A stretch of 24,000 nucleotides of DNA from Actinomycetota bacterium (GTDB taxonomy: Bacteria > Actinomycetota > CADDZG01 > WHSQ01). Below, in pieces: positions 14,898 through 22,652 of this stretch. The position numbers and the translations under genes were made by a program. Under the pieces are notes generated by a model. It searched no databases. It saw only the letters and a program-made list of their open reading frames with translations, and had not been told where the DNA came from. Location: NCBI GenBank assembly GCA_038254435.1, contig JBBSGD010000008.1:31412-55411 (forward strand), in the 5' to 3' direction. Positions within the stretch are counted from its first letter, which is position 1; each line of letters opens with the position of its first letter.

Positions 14898-15608
14898 GTG
14901 AGGCTCGCCTCTACAGCCGTGCGAACAGCCGACCCATATCGGGACATCGACGTCATAGACGCCCGGGCCCCTCGGCTCAACCAGGCGACCGTGGGGATAC
15001 TCAGCCTCGTGGCCGTCCTGACCGGGTGGTGGTGGCTCCTCGGGCTGCTCGCCGTGCAGTTGATCGCGGGGCTGACCCTCGGTCGCAAGTTCTGTCTTCC
15101 GTGCGTCTTCTATTTCGAGGTAGTGCAGCCGCGCATCGGCGAGGGCGAGATCGAGGACTCACGGCCCCCGAGGTTCGCCAACATCCTCGGTTCCGTATTC
15201 CTCGGCGCGGCCACACTGGCCCACCTTGTCAATCTCAGCACGCTCGGCTGGGTGCTTGGCGGGATCGTGGCGGCGTTGGCGCTAGTCGCGGCGGCTACCG
15301 GTCTCTGCGTCGGCTGCGAGCTCTACCGCGCGGTGGCGCGCGCCCGCGGCGTTAGGTCGGGGGAAGTGAGAGCCGTCGATCTCGCAGAGCTCGGGGTCAC
15401 GCCGGGAGACGAGATCGTGGTGCAGTTCACCCACCCACTGTGTACCGAGTGTCGGGACCTAGAAACAAGGCTCACCGCGTCGCGGCGGCGTCTGGTTTCG
15501 GTGGACGTCTCCAAGCGGCCCGACATAGCCCACAGATACCACGTCTCCGTCGTCCCCGCCGCATTCAGTGTCGACCGCGAGGGCACCGTCCTGGAGAGAC
15601 TCGCCTAA
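14898..15608 (+). CDS. DUF4395 membrane domain fused to a C-terminal thioredoxin/glutaredoxin-like CxxC domain
   Basis: The start is GTG. The DUF4395 pattern is APRLNQATVGILSLVAVLTGWWWLL...GRKFCLPCVFY...PPRFANILGSVFLG...ATGLCVGCELY. The C-terminus is IVVQFTHPLCTECRDLE...DIAHRYHVSVVPAAFSVDREGTV (CTEC motif, Trx-like). Confidence 0.8.
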   Translation: MRLASTAVRTADPYRDIDVIDARAPRLNQATVGILSLVAVLTGWWWLLGLLAVQLIAGLTLGRKFCLPCVFYFEVVQPRIGEGEIEDSRPPRFANILGSVFLGAATLAHLVNLSTLGWVLGGIVAALALVAAATGLCVGCELYRAVARARGVRSGEVRAVDLAELGVTPGDEIVVQFTHPLCTECRDLETRLTASRRRLVSVDVSKRPDIAHRYHVSVVPAAFSVDREGTVLERLA

Positions 15609-16021
15609 GACGTCCTGTCCGAGCCCCAGGGGCACTTCTAAATCCGAGACGGCTAAGGACAGGACGCATCCTGCTGCTTGACATCCAAATCGAGTTCGTC
15701 CAGATGGGCTGTTTCGGTATCGGGCGGCATTCAGGTGCCAAGGGCACGTCGTGCCAATACACCTCCATCGACGTGAAGAGCTCCCATGTGTTGGGCCGAG
15801 CTTTACATGCTGGCGAAGGTGCCCGACACTGCGGGCCGGCTGAGCCACATCGAGTCGTCGATTCCCCTGTTGATGTGGACCTAGCATCGTAGCCTGCGCG
15901 GAGAGCCTTGATAGGAGAGCCAAACGAGGGATGACCCGGACATTCTCTGTTCATGGCATCGAGATGCACCACCGGTCTGCTTTCGGCTCGAGTGGCTTGG
16001 CTACCAAGACCGTAGGTCGAA

Positions 16022-16046
16022 GGCCCCCGGGAGCAACCCGGGGGCC
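16022..16046. terminator. perfect 10-bp all-GC hairpin (GGCCCCCGGG-agcaa-CCCGGGGGCC); candidate bidirectional or factor-independent terminator between convergent genes
   Basis: All 10 positions pair by Watson-Crick rules around a 5-nt loop. The hairpin lies 50 nt downstream of the stop of the minus-strand gene 16096-16920. Neither side has a U-tract, which is common in high-GC genomes but lowers confidence. Confidence 0.45.
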
Positions 16047-16095
16047 GAGACGGACGACCACACTGAGAAAGCGTTTCAGCGCTCCACTAGTGCGA

Positions 16096-16920
16096 TCATC
16101 GCTTGACGATCTTGACGAGCTGCAATGACTCGATGGGGTGTCCCTTCGCCGTCATCTCCTTTACCTCTCCGATGTCGCGCACGTAGTACTTGTGGTCGCG
16201 GATGTTGGGCTCGAGGGGTGTCCATTCCTTGGTGAGCTCCACGTTCCGGTTCAGCTTGTTCGCGCCGAAGTGCCCATACGGCACTTTGATCTCGGCCGCG
16301 AGGCTCATCACCCGGTAGTGATCTTCTGCATGGTGCCTGTAGAATTCCTGGCGGTACGTGTGGCCGACCTGAGGGTTCGCTTCCATGAAGATCCCGGCCT
16401 CGGCTCCGTTCCTTCCGGTTCTCCAGCTCCCCTCTGTGCTAGTCACGTGGCCGTTCTTGTCGAGTTCCGCGGTGTTCTCACCGAAGTACCAGACATTGCC
16501 GTCCTCGTCCTGTGTGTAGTAGTCGCGTGTTCTCTCCGCGAGCCGGCCGTTGAGGTAAACCTTGTCCTTGACGACTCTGCACCGAACTCCGACGATCGTA
16601 GTCACCTGATTGGTCACGCTCAATACATCGCGCGAGCGCGTCGCTCCCTCGGCACCTCGGTAGATGTAAGTGATGCCGGGCTTGAGTGGGTACCAAGCGT
16701 TATCGATGCGAGTGGTGAAGTTGGCAGGATCGTACTTTGGAGAAAGACGAGGCTTGACCGGCTGCATCTTGGCGCGTCCTGGAGCATGCACTGATCGCTG
16801 TGCTAAGACCCGTGAGACTCCAACTCCGAGAAGTCCCACGGCCAGAGCTCCCGCAAGCATGGCACTACCCAGTTTGACAATCGTCCACCCTGTCTGGTGG
16901 CCTTTAGATGTGAACCTCAT
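16096..16920 (-). CDS. hypothetical membrane-anchored/secreted protein (no domain recognised)
   Basis: ATG 16920 has GAGGAGG 7 nt upstream. The N-terminal anchor is LGSAMLAGALAVGLLGVGV. Coding-like composition runs throughout, for example DNAWYPLKPGITYIYRG...DGNVWYFGENT...GSWRTGRNGAEAGIFM...EWTPLEPNIRDHKYYVRDIGEV. Confidence 0.75.
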   Translation of the reverse strand: MRFTSKGHQTGWTIVKLGSAMLAGALAVGLLGVGVSRVLAQRSVHAPGRAKMQPVKPRLSPKYDPANFTTRIDNAWYPLKPGITYIYRGAEGATRSRDVLSVTNQVTTIVGVRCRVVKDKVYLNGRLAERTRDYYTQDEDGNVWYFGENTAELDKNGHVTSTEGSWRTGRNGAEAGIFMEANPQVGHTYRQEFYRHHAEDHYRVMSLAAEIKVPYGHFGANKLNRNVELTKEWTPLEPNIRDHKYYVRDIGEVKEMTAKGHPIESLQLVKIVKR

Positions 16921-16988
16921 GCTTTGTACCTCCTCTGTTTCGGCCGATGCGTTCTGTCCCGGAAGCGATGGCGGCTCCTCCCTGGAGG

Positions 16989-17309
16989 CTAGTTAGCTGC
17001 GTCGCCGCCGTCGGGGGACTCGGTGTCACCCTCGATGACGACTACCCTGTAGCTCTCGTCCAAACGCACATCGACGGTGGGCCCGCCGGGCTTGGTGACT
17101 TCCACTTCCCAGGTAGCACCGTTCTCGTTGTCTCGCTCGACCGCGTTCGCGCTCCCTCCGCCGGTGGCCTGCAGGGCAGCCGCTATCGCTCGATCTGCCT
17201 GCGCCCCGGTCGCTCCTCCTTCGGCATCACTGCCGGCGACCGCAACTCCGCCCCCGATCGCGGCCAGTGCTGCCACGACTACTGCGCTCATAACGACACG
17301 CTTTCGCAT
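16989..17309 (-). CDS. PepSY domain-containing secreted protein
   Basis: ATG 17309 has AAAGGAG 8 nt upstream. The signal is MRKRVVMSAVVVAALAAIGGGVAVAG. The PepSY-like part is ADRAIAAALQATGGGSANAVERDNENGATWEVEVTKPGGPTVDVRLDESYRVV. The track start at 17450 is an unsupported extension. Confidence 0.75.
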   Translation of the reverse strand: MRKRVVMSAVVVAALAAIGGGVAVAGSDAEGGATGAQADRAIAAALQATGGGSANAVERDNENGATWEVEVTKPGGPTVDVRLDESYRVVVIEGDTESPDGGDAAN

Positions 17310-17587
17310 AAGACTCGCTCCTTTCATTGACGACTGATAGAGCTCAGGATAGGGATGCCGACCTGAATGCACGCTGAAAGCGCGCGATAACGACTCTTCA
17401 GGTCGGGATCTGAGGCAGTGGTACATCGACTCGTCCCAGCTGGCGCGCATTCGGACTCAGGTGAAAGAATCGGTGTCTAGGCGCGCCCGGTGCCGACTGG
17501 AGCATTGGGTCCTCGACCTCGAGGTCGCATTTGGATCCGGTCGGCGAAGATTGCAACTCGCCCCGCATGGGCCGGGGTAGGAGGGAG

Positions 17588-18829
17588 ATGGTGTCAGTGC
17601 CGGCGTTCGCGACTGCTCTAGCCGACCGGCTGCGCTCGTCCCTCCTCCGGCGTGGTCGTAGGCCAGGGCTGCGGACGGCGAAGACGACGCTCGCCGCCGT
17701 CCTGTCGTTCGTCCTGGCAGAGAGGTTGGGTACGAGCGGGCAGCCCGTCCTGGCCCCGTTGACCGCACTGCTTGTGGTCCAGTTGACGATGTACGAGACT
17801 GTCGCCCACGGCCTCCAGCGCATCGTGGGCGTCGTGGCCGGCGTGCTCGTGGCGGTGGCCGTCGCGACCTTCGTAGGGCTGACTTGGTGGAGCCTCGGCG
17901 CGGTGGTCGCGCTGTCGCTCATCCTCGGCCGCCTGCTCAGGTTGGGATCGCAGCTACTCGAGGTCCCGATCTCAGCCATGCTGGTTCTTGCGGTGGGGGG
18001 CTCGCAGGACGTGGCTGCGGGGCGAGTGTACGAGACGCTTATCGGCGCCGCCGTCGGCATCTTGGTAAACGCAGTCATTTCGCCCCCCTTGTACCTGCAA
18101 CCGGCCGGCGACGCGCTCGGCGAGCTAGCCGACCGGATGGCACTGTTTCTGCGACAGCTCGCCGACCAGCTGCGCGCCGGCTGGTCGCGCGAGGCAGCCG
18201 ACCGATGGTTGACAGAGGCGCGTCTTCTCGGCGCCGAGGTCTCGCGCGCCGACCGGACACTGGCGCGCGTCGAAGAGAGTGCGCGCTTCAATCCGCGCGG
18301 CGCGCGTGCACGCGAGGCGCGGCCACGGCTGCGTACCGGACTGACCGGCCTTGAGCACTGTCAGATCACGCTGCGCAGCCTGTGCCGGGCGCTCCTCGAC
18401 AGGACCTACTTCGTGCCGGGCGAACAGGAGACAACGGCGTACGACGAGGGGGTGCGCAACGCGCTGGCCGACGTGTTGGAGGCTGCGGCCAACGCGATCG
18501 AGCGGGTTGTTGCCGTCACGTCCGGTATCGGACCGGCGGAGGCGGCGCGCGACGAGGTCGACGCACGCTTGCCGGAACTGCACCGGCGGCGCGACCAGCT
18601 AGCCGAGCTCCTGCTCGTTGACCCGCATACAGATCAAGGCGCTTGGCAGCAGCACGGCGCCTTGCTCGCCGCGGTCGATCGATTGCGCGTCGAAGTGGAG
18701 GCCGCCGTCCGGCCATCCGACGCCGCATGGCGGCCACTGCCGGTTACCGATCGGCAGCGGCGGGCGGTGCGGCGAATGTTCATGGCCGGCAGAAAAGGCC
18801 TCGAAACACGTCGTCGACGACGCTTGTGA
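17588..18829 (+). CDS. FUSC / aromatic-acid-exporter (ArAE)-family membrane protein with a cytoplasmic coiled C-terminal half
   Basis: GLRTAKTTLAAVLSFVLAERLG...PVLAPLTALLVVQLTMYETVAHGLQRIVGVVAGVLVAV...RVYETLIGAAVGILVN is the FUSC-like N-terminal pattern. ATG 17588 is preceded by AGGAGGGAG, and GTG 17591 is also possible. Confidence 0.8.
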   Translation: MVSVPAFATALADRLRSSLLRRGRRPGLRTAKTTLAAVLSFVLAERLGTSGQPVLAPLTALLVVQLTMYETVAHGLQRIVGVVAGVLVAVAVATFVGLTWWSLGAVVALSLILGRLLRLGSQLLEVPISAMLVLAVGGSQDVAAGRVYETLIGAAVGILVNAVISPPLYLQPAGDALGELADRMALFLRQLADQLRAGWSREAADRWLTEARLLGAEVSRADRTLARVEESARFNPRGARAREARPRLRTGLTGLEHCQITLRSLCRALLDRTYFVPGEQETTAYDEGVRNALADVLEAAANAIERVVAVTSGIGPAEAARDEVDARLPELHRRRDQLAELLLVDPHTDQGAWQQHGALLAAVDRLRVEVEAAVRPSDAAWRPLPVTDRQRRAVRRMFMAGRKGLETRRRRRL

Positions 18830-18913
18830 GCGTCGGGCGACTCGGGCTTGCCTTTAGCGCTTTCTTTCTTGCCTCCAACACATTGGTGCCTCTCGATGGC
18901 GGTACGGTGACCT

Positions 18914-19630
18914 GTGACTTCCTATAACCGTTTTGCGCAGGAGCTCTTCACGGGGCTACCGGCGCGCTATGAGGTGCTCGCCGAGATCCTTTCTTTCGGG
19001 CAGAACGCCCGCTGGCGCAAGACGTTGGTGGATCCGATCGCCTCCGCTCAGCCGGGGTGCATCCTCGATGTTGCTACCGGTCCCTGTGGTGTGGCGCTTC
19101 AGCTGGCAAGACGCACCGAGGCGCACGTGGTGGGACTCGACATCACGCTCGCAATGTTGCGCCGCGGCCAGGAGCGCGTGCAACACTGCGGGCTCGAGAA
19201 CCGAATCGATCTCGTTCTCGGCCGCGGAGAGCAGCTTCCCTTCGCCGATGGCACCTTCGACGCCCTTACCTTCACCTACCTACTGCGCTACGTCGACGAG
19301 CCGGCCGCTACCGTCGCAGAGCTCGCCCGAGTCGTGAGAGCAGGCGGCACGGTTGCGAGCGTCGAGTTCTTCGTGCCGCCAAACCGCATAGCGCGTGCGC
19401 TCTGGGTTCTTTACACGCGCGCCGTGCTTCCGGTACTGGGTTTCATCTTCGGCGGGACCGAATGGTGGAAAGTGGGACGCTTCTTGGGTCCCAGCATCTC
19501 GCGACATTGCGCACGCAATCCCCTTGAGCGTAATGTCGAGCTGTGGGAGGCAGCCGGCATTCGTGACGTGTCGGTACGCCCAATGAGCTTCGGGAGTGGG
19601 CTTGTCATGTGGGGGACAAGGGATGGCTGA
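18914..19630 (+). CDS. UbiE/MenG-family class I SAM-dependent methyltransferase
   Basis: The start is GTG. ILSFGQNARWRK matches the UbiE 'SFG....W(K/R)' motif. The SAM motif is ILDVATGPCGVAL. It also has LPFADGTFDALTFTYLLRYV and VVRAGGTVASVEF. Confidence 0.85.
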   Translation: MTSYNRFAQELFTGLPARYEVLAEILSFGQNARWRKTLVDPIASAQPGCILDVATGPCGVALQLARRTEAHVVGLDITLAMLRRGQERVQHCGLENRIDLVLGRGEQLPFADGTFDALTFTYLLRYVDEPAATVAELARVVRAGGTVASVEFFVPPNRIARALWVLYTRAVLPVLGFIFGGTEWWKVGRFLGPSISRHCARNPLERNVELWEAAGIRDVSVRPMSFGSGLVMWGTRDG

Positions 19631-20357
19631 CAAACCGCTGCGTCCCGCCTTCTATGCCAAAGGGCGCGGCATCGCGGGCGACTGCTGGGTGCTCCTTCAT
19701 CCACCCTACACGTTGTGGCACCTGTCCTACGTTGTCATTGGCGGGAGCCTGTCGTCCACGTTCGAAGTGGGTCGCCTCATTGCGACGCTGAGCGCCTTCT
19801 TCCTTGCCGTGGGTGTTGGATCACATGCGCTCGACGAGCTCCAGGGTCGCCCTCTCAACACCGGCTTCTCGGACCGCGTACTGGTGATCACCGGTGTCAC
19901 AGGGCTGTTGGGTGCCATTGGATTCGGGATCCTTGGAGTCGTCATCGTGGGATTAGGAGTCATTCCGTTTATCGCCGTGGGCACGTGGCTTGCTGCGACG
20001 TACAGCCTCGAGTGGGTGGGTGGACGCTTCCATACCGATGTTGCATTCGCCCTCGCGTGGGGATCGTTTCCGCTCCTCACCTCTTACTACGCGCAGGCTG
20101 AAACGATACGCGCACCGGCGCTCCTGGTGGCCGCCGCAGCCTTCGGCTTCTCCTACGTACAGCGCGTGCTGAGCACGCGCGCGCGTTTCCTTCGCCGGCG
20201 GGTCGTGGCGGCTCGGGGCCGGTTGGATCTTGCGGACGGTACGTCGCAGGAGTTCGCGGTGAACTGGATGCTCAGGCCCTTGGAGCTGTCCCTACGCGTG
20301 TTGGCGTGGTCGCTGATTGCTACCGCGCTGGGACTCCTGACCCTGCGCATTTCGTAG
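19623..20357 (+). CDS. multi-pass integral membrane protein of unknown function, translationally coupled to the methyltransferase
   Basis: ATG 19623 overlaps the upstream stop by 8 nt (ATGGCTGA). There are about 6-7 hydrophobic segments and an acidic loop motif, GSHALDELQGRPLN. I could not place it confidently in the UbiA family or any other. Confidence 0.7.
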   Translation: MADKPLRPAFYAKGRGIAGDCWVLLHPPYTLWHLSYVVIGGSLSSTFEVGRLIATLSAFFLAVGVGSHALDELQGRPLNTGFSDRVLVITGVTGLLGAIGFGILGVVIVGLGVIPFIAVGTWLAATYSLEWVGGRFHTDVAFALAWGSFPLLTSYYAQAETIRAPALLVAAAAFGFSYVQRVLSTRARFLRRRVVAARGRLDLADGTSQEFAVNWMLRPLELSLRVLAWSLIATALGLLTLRIS

Positions 20358-20469
20358 GGAAGACGCTATCGAGATAGCACGAAGAGACTTCCGGATTGCC
20401 CGCCTCCCATGCCGGCCGCGGGCCGCAAGAGCTGCACGCCCTCCCGGCGAGAAGCTCAGCCGTGAACGC

Positions 20470-20682
20470 TCACACGCTCCCCGGCGCCGGGGAATACGCG
20501 TTCACCGAGAGAAATGCCGCGCAACAGCCGCCGCGCGATGGAGGTCCAGTCAGGTCTCCTAGTCCCCGATTATGAGGACCAGGCCAATCGATGGGGTTGC
20601 TGATCGCCCAGTAGATGATGGTTATCACGACGACTGCGAACATGGTGACGGCAACGACGGCGATGACCGGCATCTCGATCAT
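20470..20682 (-). CDS. possible small membrane protein (very uncertain)
   Basis: The first roughly 30 codons (MIEMPVIAVVAVTMFAVVVITIIYWAI) are hydrophobic with GC3-rich codons. There is no SD, and the 3' half has atypical codons and overlaps a GC palindrome at 20479-20492. Confidence 0.2.
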   Translation of the reverse strand: MIEMPVIAVVAVTMFAVVVITIIYWAISNPIDWPGPHNRGLGDLTGPPSRGGCCAAFLSVNAYSPAPGSV

Positions 20683-20726
20683 CGGCTCAAGCTATGCAGC
20701 GGGTGCGTCGGATAGAGAGAAGAGGA

Positions 20727-21254
20727 ATGGCCGTGCGAGTGATCTGTGGCGACATCACCAAGCTCGAGGTGGACGCGGTCGTGAACGCCGCCAATCGCAC
20801 GCTGAGGGGCGGAGGCGGGGTTGATGGAGCGATCCACGCAGCGGGAGGACCGGCGATTCTGGCCGAGTGCGAGAAGATCCGAGCGGATGCTTTCCGTGAT
20901 GGCCTGCCGACCGGTCGTGCCGTGGTGACGACTGCAGGGAGATTGCCGGCAAGATGGGTGATCCACACGGTGGGACCCATCTACGACTCGGACCCAGATC
21001 CGGCTAGGTCGTTGGCTTCTTGTTACTCAGAGTCCCTGCGGGTCGCAAGAGAAGTGGGGGCCGCGAGCATCGCGTTTCCTGCCATCAGCACCGGGGTCTT
21101 TGGTTATCCCGTCGAAGAAGCAGCAAGGATCGCCATCGGCACGACGGCCGGGAGCACTGCACAGGTGAAAGAGATCATTCATATCTGCTTCAGCATCCGA
21201 GACCGCGATATCTATCAGGCCGCACTCGAGCAGTGGCAGAACGAACTGGCCTGA
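20727..21254 (+). CDS. macro-domain protein (O-acetyl-ADP-ribose deacetylase, YmdB/MacroD-like)
   Basis: VRVICGDITKLEVDAVVNAANRTLRGGGGVDGAIHAAGGP...AVVTTAGRLPARWVIHTVGP...SIAFPAISTGVFGYP is the canonical macro-domain motif set. ATG 20727 follows GAGAGAAGAGGA. Confidence 0.9.
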   Translation: MAVRVICGDITKLEVDAVVNAANRTLRGGGGVDGAIHAAGGPAILAECEKIRADAFRDGLPTGRAVVTTAGRLPARWVIHTVGPIYDSDPDPARSLASCYSESLRVAREVGAASIAFPAISTGVFGYPVEEAARIAIGTTAGSTAQVKEIIHICFSIRDRDIYQAALEQWQNELA

Positions 21255-21632
21255 GGCACACCAGCCCCGGCGCACCAGATCCCACAGCATCACCAAGGGA
21301 TCGACGCCCATCGGCGCATCATCGTTGTGGTGATGATCGCGCAGAGAGCAGCGTCTGCCACGGGCAACCGGAGCCGACGCGCTCTCGTCGCCGGACTGCC
21401 CGACACCAACACGCATGAGCTCAAGTCCGAGGAAACCCGCTTAGCATTCTTTCGCGCCAAGGTCCACGACCGACTTCTGCGTTCCTTCCTTGCCAGTCAT
21501 CGCTCCCGCGCCTTTCGGGCATCGCTGGGCAATTCGCATCATCGACGCGACGGTCGACGACTACGTCGCAGAACGCGCGATCGAAGGCCCTTGAAACTCG
21601 TCTCAATGTTGCGAGTTCAACCCCAAGGAAGG

Positions 21633-22517
21633 TTAGCGCCTCGGTGGGTCGTGGTCCTCGGCGAGGGTGATGAAGGGCTTGAGGAACGTGAGCCGCTCGA
21701 ACACATCCCGGTAGCGGGGGCTTTGGAAGTTGATCTCGCGGTAGGCGAAGTCGTTTCCCGGCCTCGGACTCAGAAAGCCATCCCGAGTCGCTAAGACGAC
21801 AACGTCGGGGACAGCTTCGACAAAGACGGGCGTGAACGCCCAGTTGTCGGGCGGGCTGGTCGGCACAGTGCCCGTGCCGCCGGGGTTGATGTTGGGCAGC
21901 GTCTCGATGCCGGCCCCGGAGGCAACCTCCCGGGCCAGCACACGGTGCTCGGCCTCGTTGGTCGCGATCTGCGCCATGATCTGCGCGGCGCGCGGCCTGC
22001 CCTGGTGGGCGAGCTCACGCACGGCGGCCAGGAAGGCGGTGTCGAACACGCCCTCTAGGTGCTGCTGGGCAATGATCCACAGTCGCAGATCACGAAAGGT
22101 CTTGGCGCCGGCCGGGAAGCTGAAGTGATTCGGCCTTTGCACCTTTACGCCTGTTAGGCGGGCGAAGAACTTCTGGTGGATCTGCTCCTGGATGGCGGCC
22201 GCTTTGAAGTAGTCGAGATCGTCGTCCTCGAGGCCAAGGCCGTTTGCGACGCCGTGGCTGTAGAGCGTCACAGCCAGTTGCTCGGCGGTCTGGGCGATCT
22301 TGAAGATCCTGGCCGCGGGCGTCACGTCATCAGGCTGGCGGAATATCCTGCGCCGAGCGCGAGGCGCTGCCTCTGCTGCTAGCGCGTCAAACAGGCTTCC
22401 ACCTGCGACCGCTCCGACTGCGCCGAGCGCGCCCGCCCGGAGCAAGGAGCGGCGCGACATCGCCCGAAGCAGGTTCGTCGTGTGGGCCCCACCAGCAGTA
22501 TCTAGGTCCAGCGTCAT
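21633..22517 (-). CDS. ferritin-like domain-containing protein with twin-arginine (Tat) signal
   Basis: ATG 22517 has AAGGAG 6 nt upstream. The Tat motif is MSRRSLLRAGALGAVGAVAGG. The ferritin-like helices are AQTAEQLAVTLYSHG, AAAIQEQIHQKFF and IATNEAEHRVLAREV. Confidence 0.85.
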   Translation of the reverse strand: MTLDLDTAGGAHTTNLLRAMSRRSLLRAGALGAVGAVAGGSLFDALAAEAAPRARRRIFRQPDDVTPAARIFKIAQTAEQLAVTLYSHGVANGLGLEDDDLDYFKAAAIQEQIHQKFFARLTGVKVQRPNHFSFPAGAKTFRDLRLWIIAQQHLEGVFDTAFLAAVRELAHQGRPRAAQIMAQIATNEAEHRVLAREVASGAGIETLPNINPGGTGTVPTSPPDNWAFTPVFVEAVPDVVVLATRDGFLSPRPGNDFAYREINFQSPRYRDVFERLTFLKPFITLAEDHDPPRR

Positions 22518-22565
22518 GGCAGTCTCCTTGTCGTTCTATCTGGGTGGCGGTGGTTGCCGGAGGAC

Positions 22566-22652
22566 TTACGCTCGGCCGACACCGGCGTCGAGTGCCGACA
22601 TCAGCAACGGGCACAAGAATGGTCGGGATAAGCCGCATCGAGTCGGCGACAT
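22566..22652 (-). CDS. 28-codon upstream small ORF (MSPTRCGLSRPFLCPLLMSALDAGVGRA) with a near-perfect SD
   Basis: GGAAAGGAGG sits 5 nt before ATG 22652. The ORF ends 48 nt upstream of the ferritin-like gene start. I recognise no homology, and the only support is the ribosome-binding geometry. Confidence 0.3.
   Translation of the reverse strand: MSPTRCGLSRPFLCPLLMSALDAGVGRA

Noticed and set aside
17398-18291. 297-aa minus-strand ORF opposite the FUSC-family gene
   Set aside because: Its composition is low-complexity and Ser/Arg/Ala/Thr-rich. The plus-strand frame has clear FUSC-like transmembrane motifs.
20479-20492. Perfect 14-nt GC palindrome CCCCGGCGCCGGGG, considered as a terminator
   Set aside because: As a hairpin it gives only a 5-bp stem with a GCGC loop. 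It lies 120 nt from the nearest gene end, and palindromes of this size are expected by chance at this GC content.
21255-21632. 378-nt convergent spacer after the macro-domain gene, including a start-less frame ending ...HRWAIRIIDATVDDYVAERAIEGP*
   Set aside because: There is no start codon, no SD and no recognisable motif. It may be another relic, but the evidence is too thin to call.
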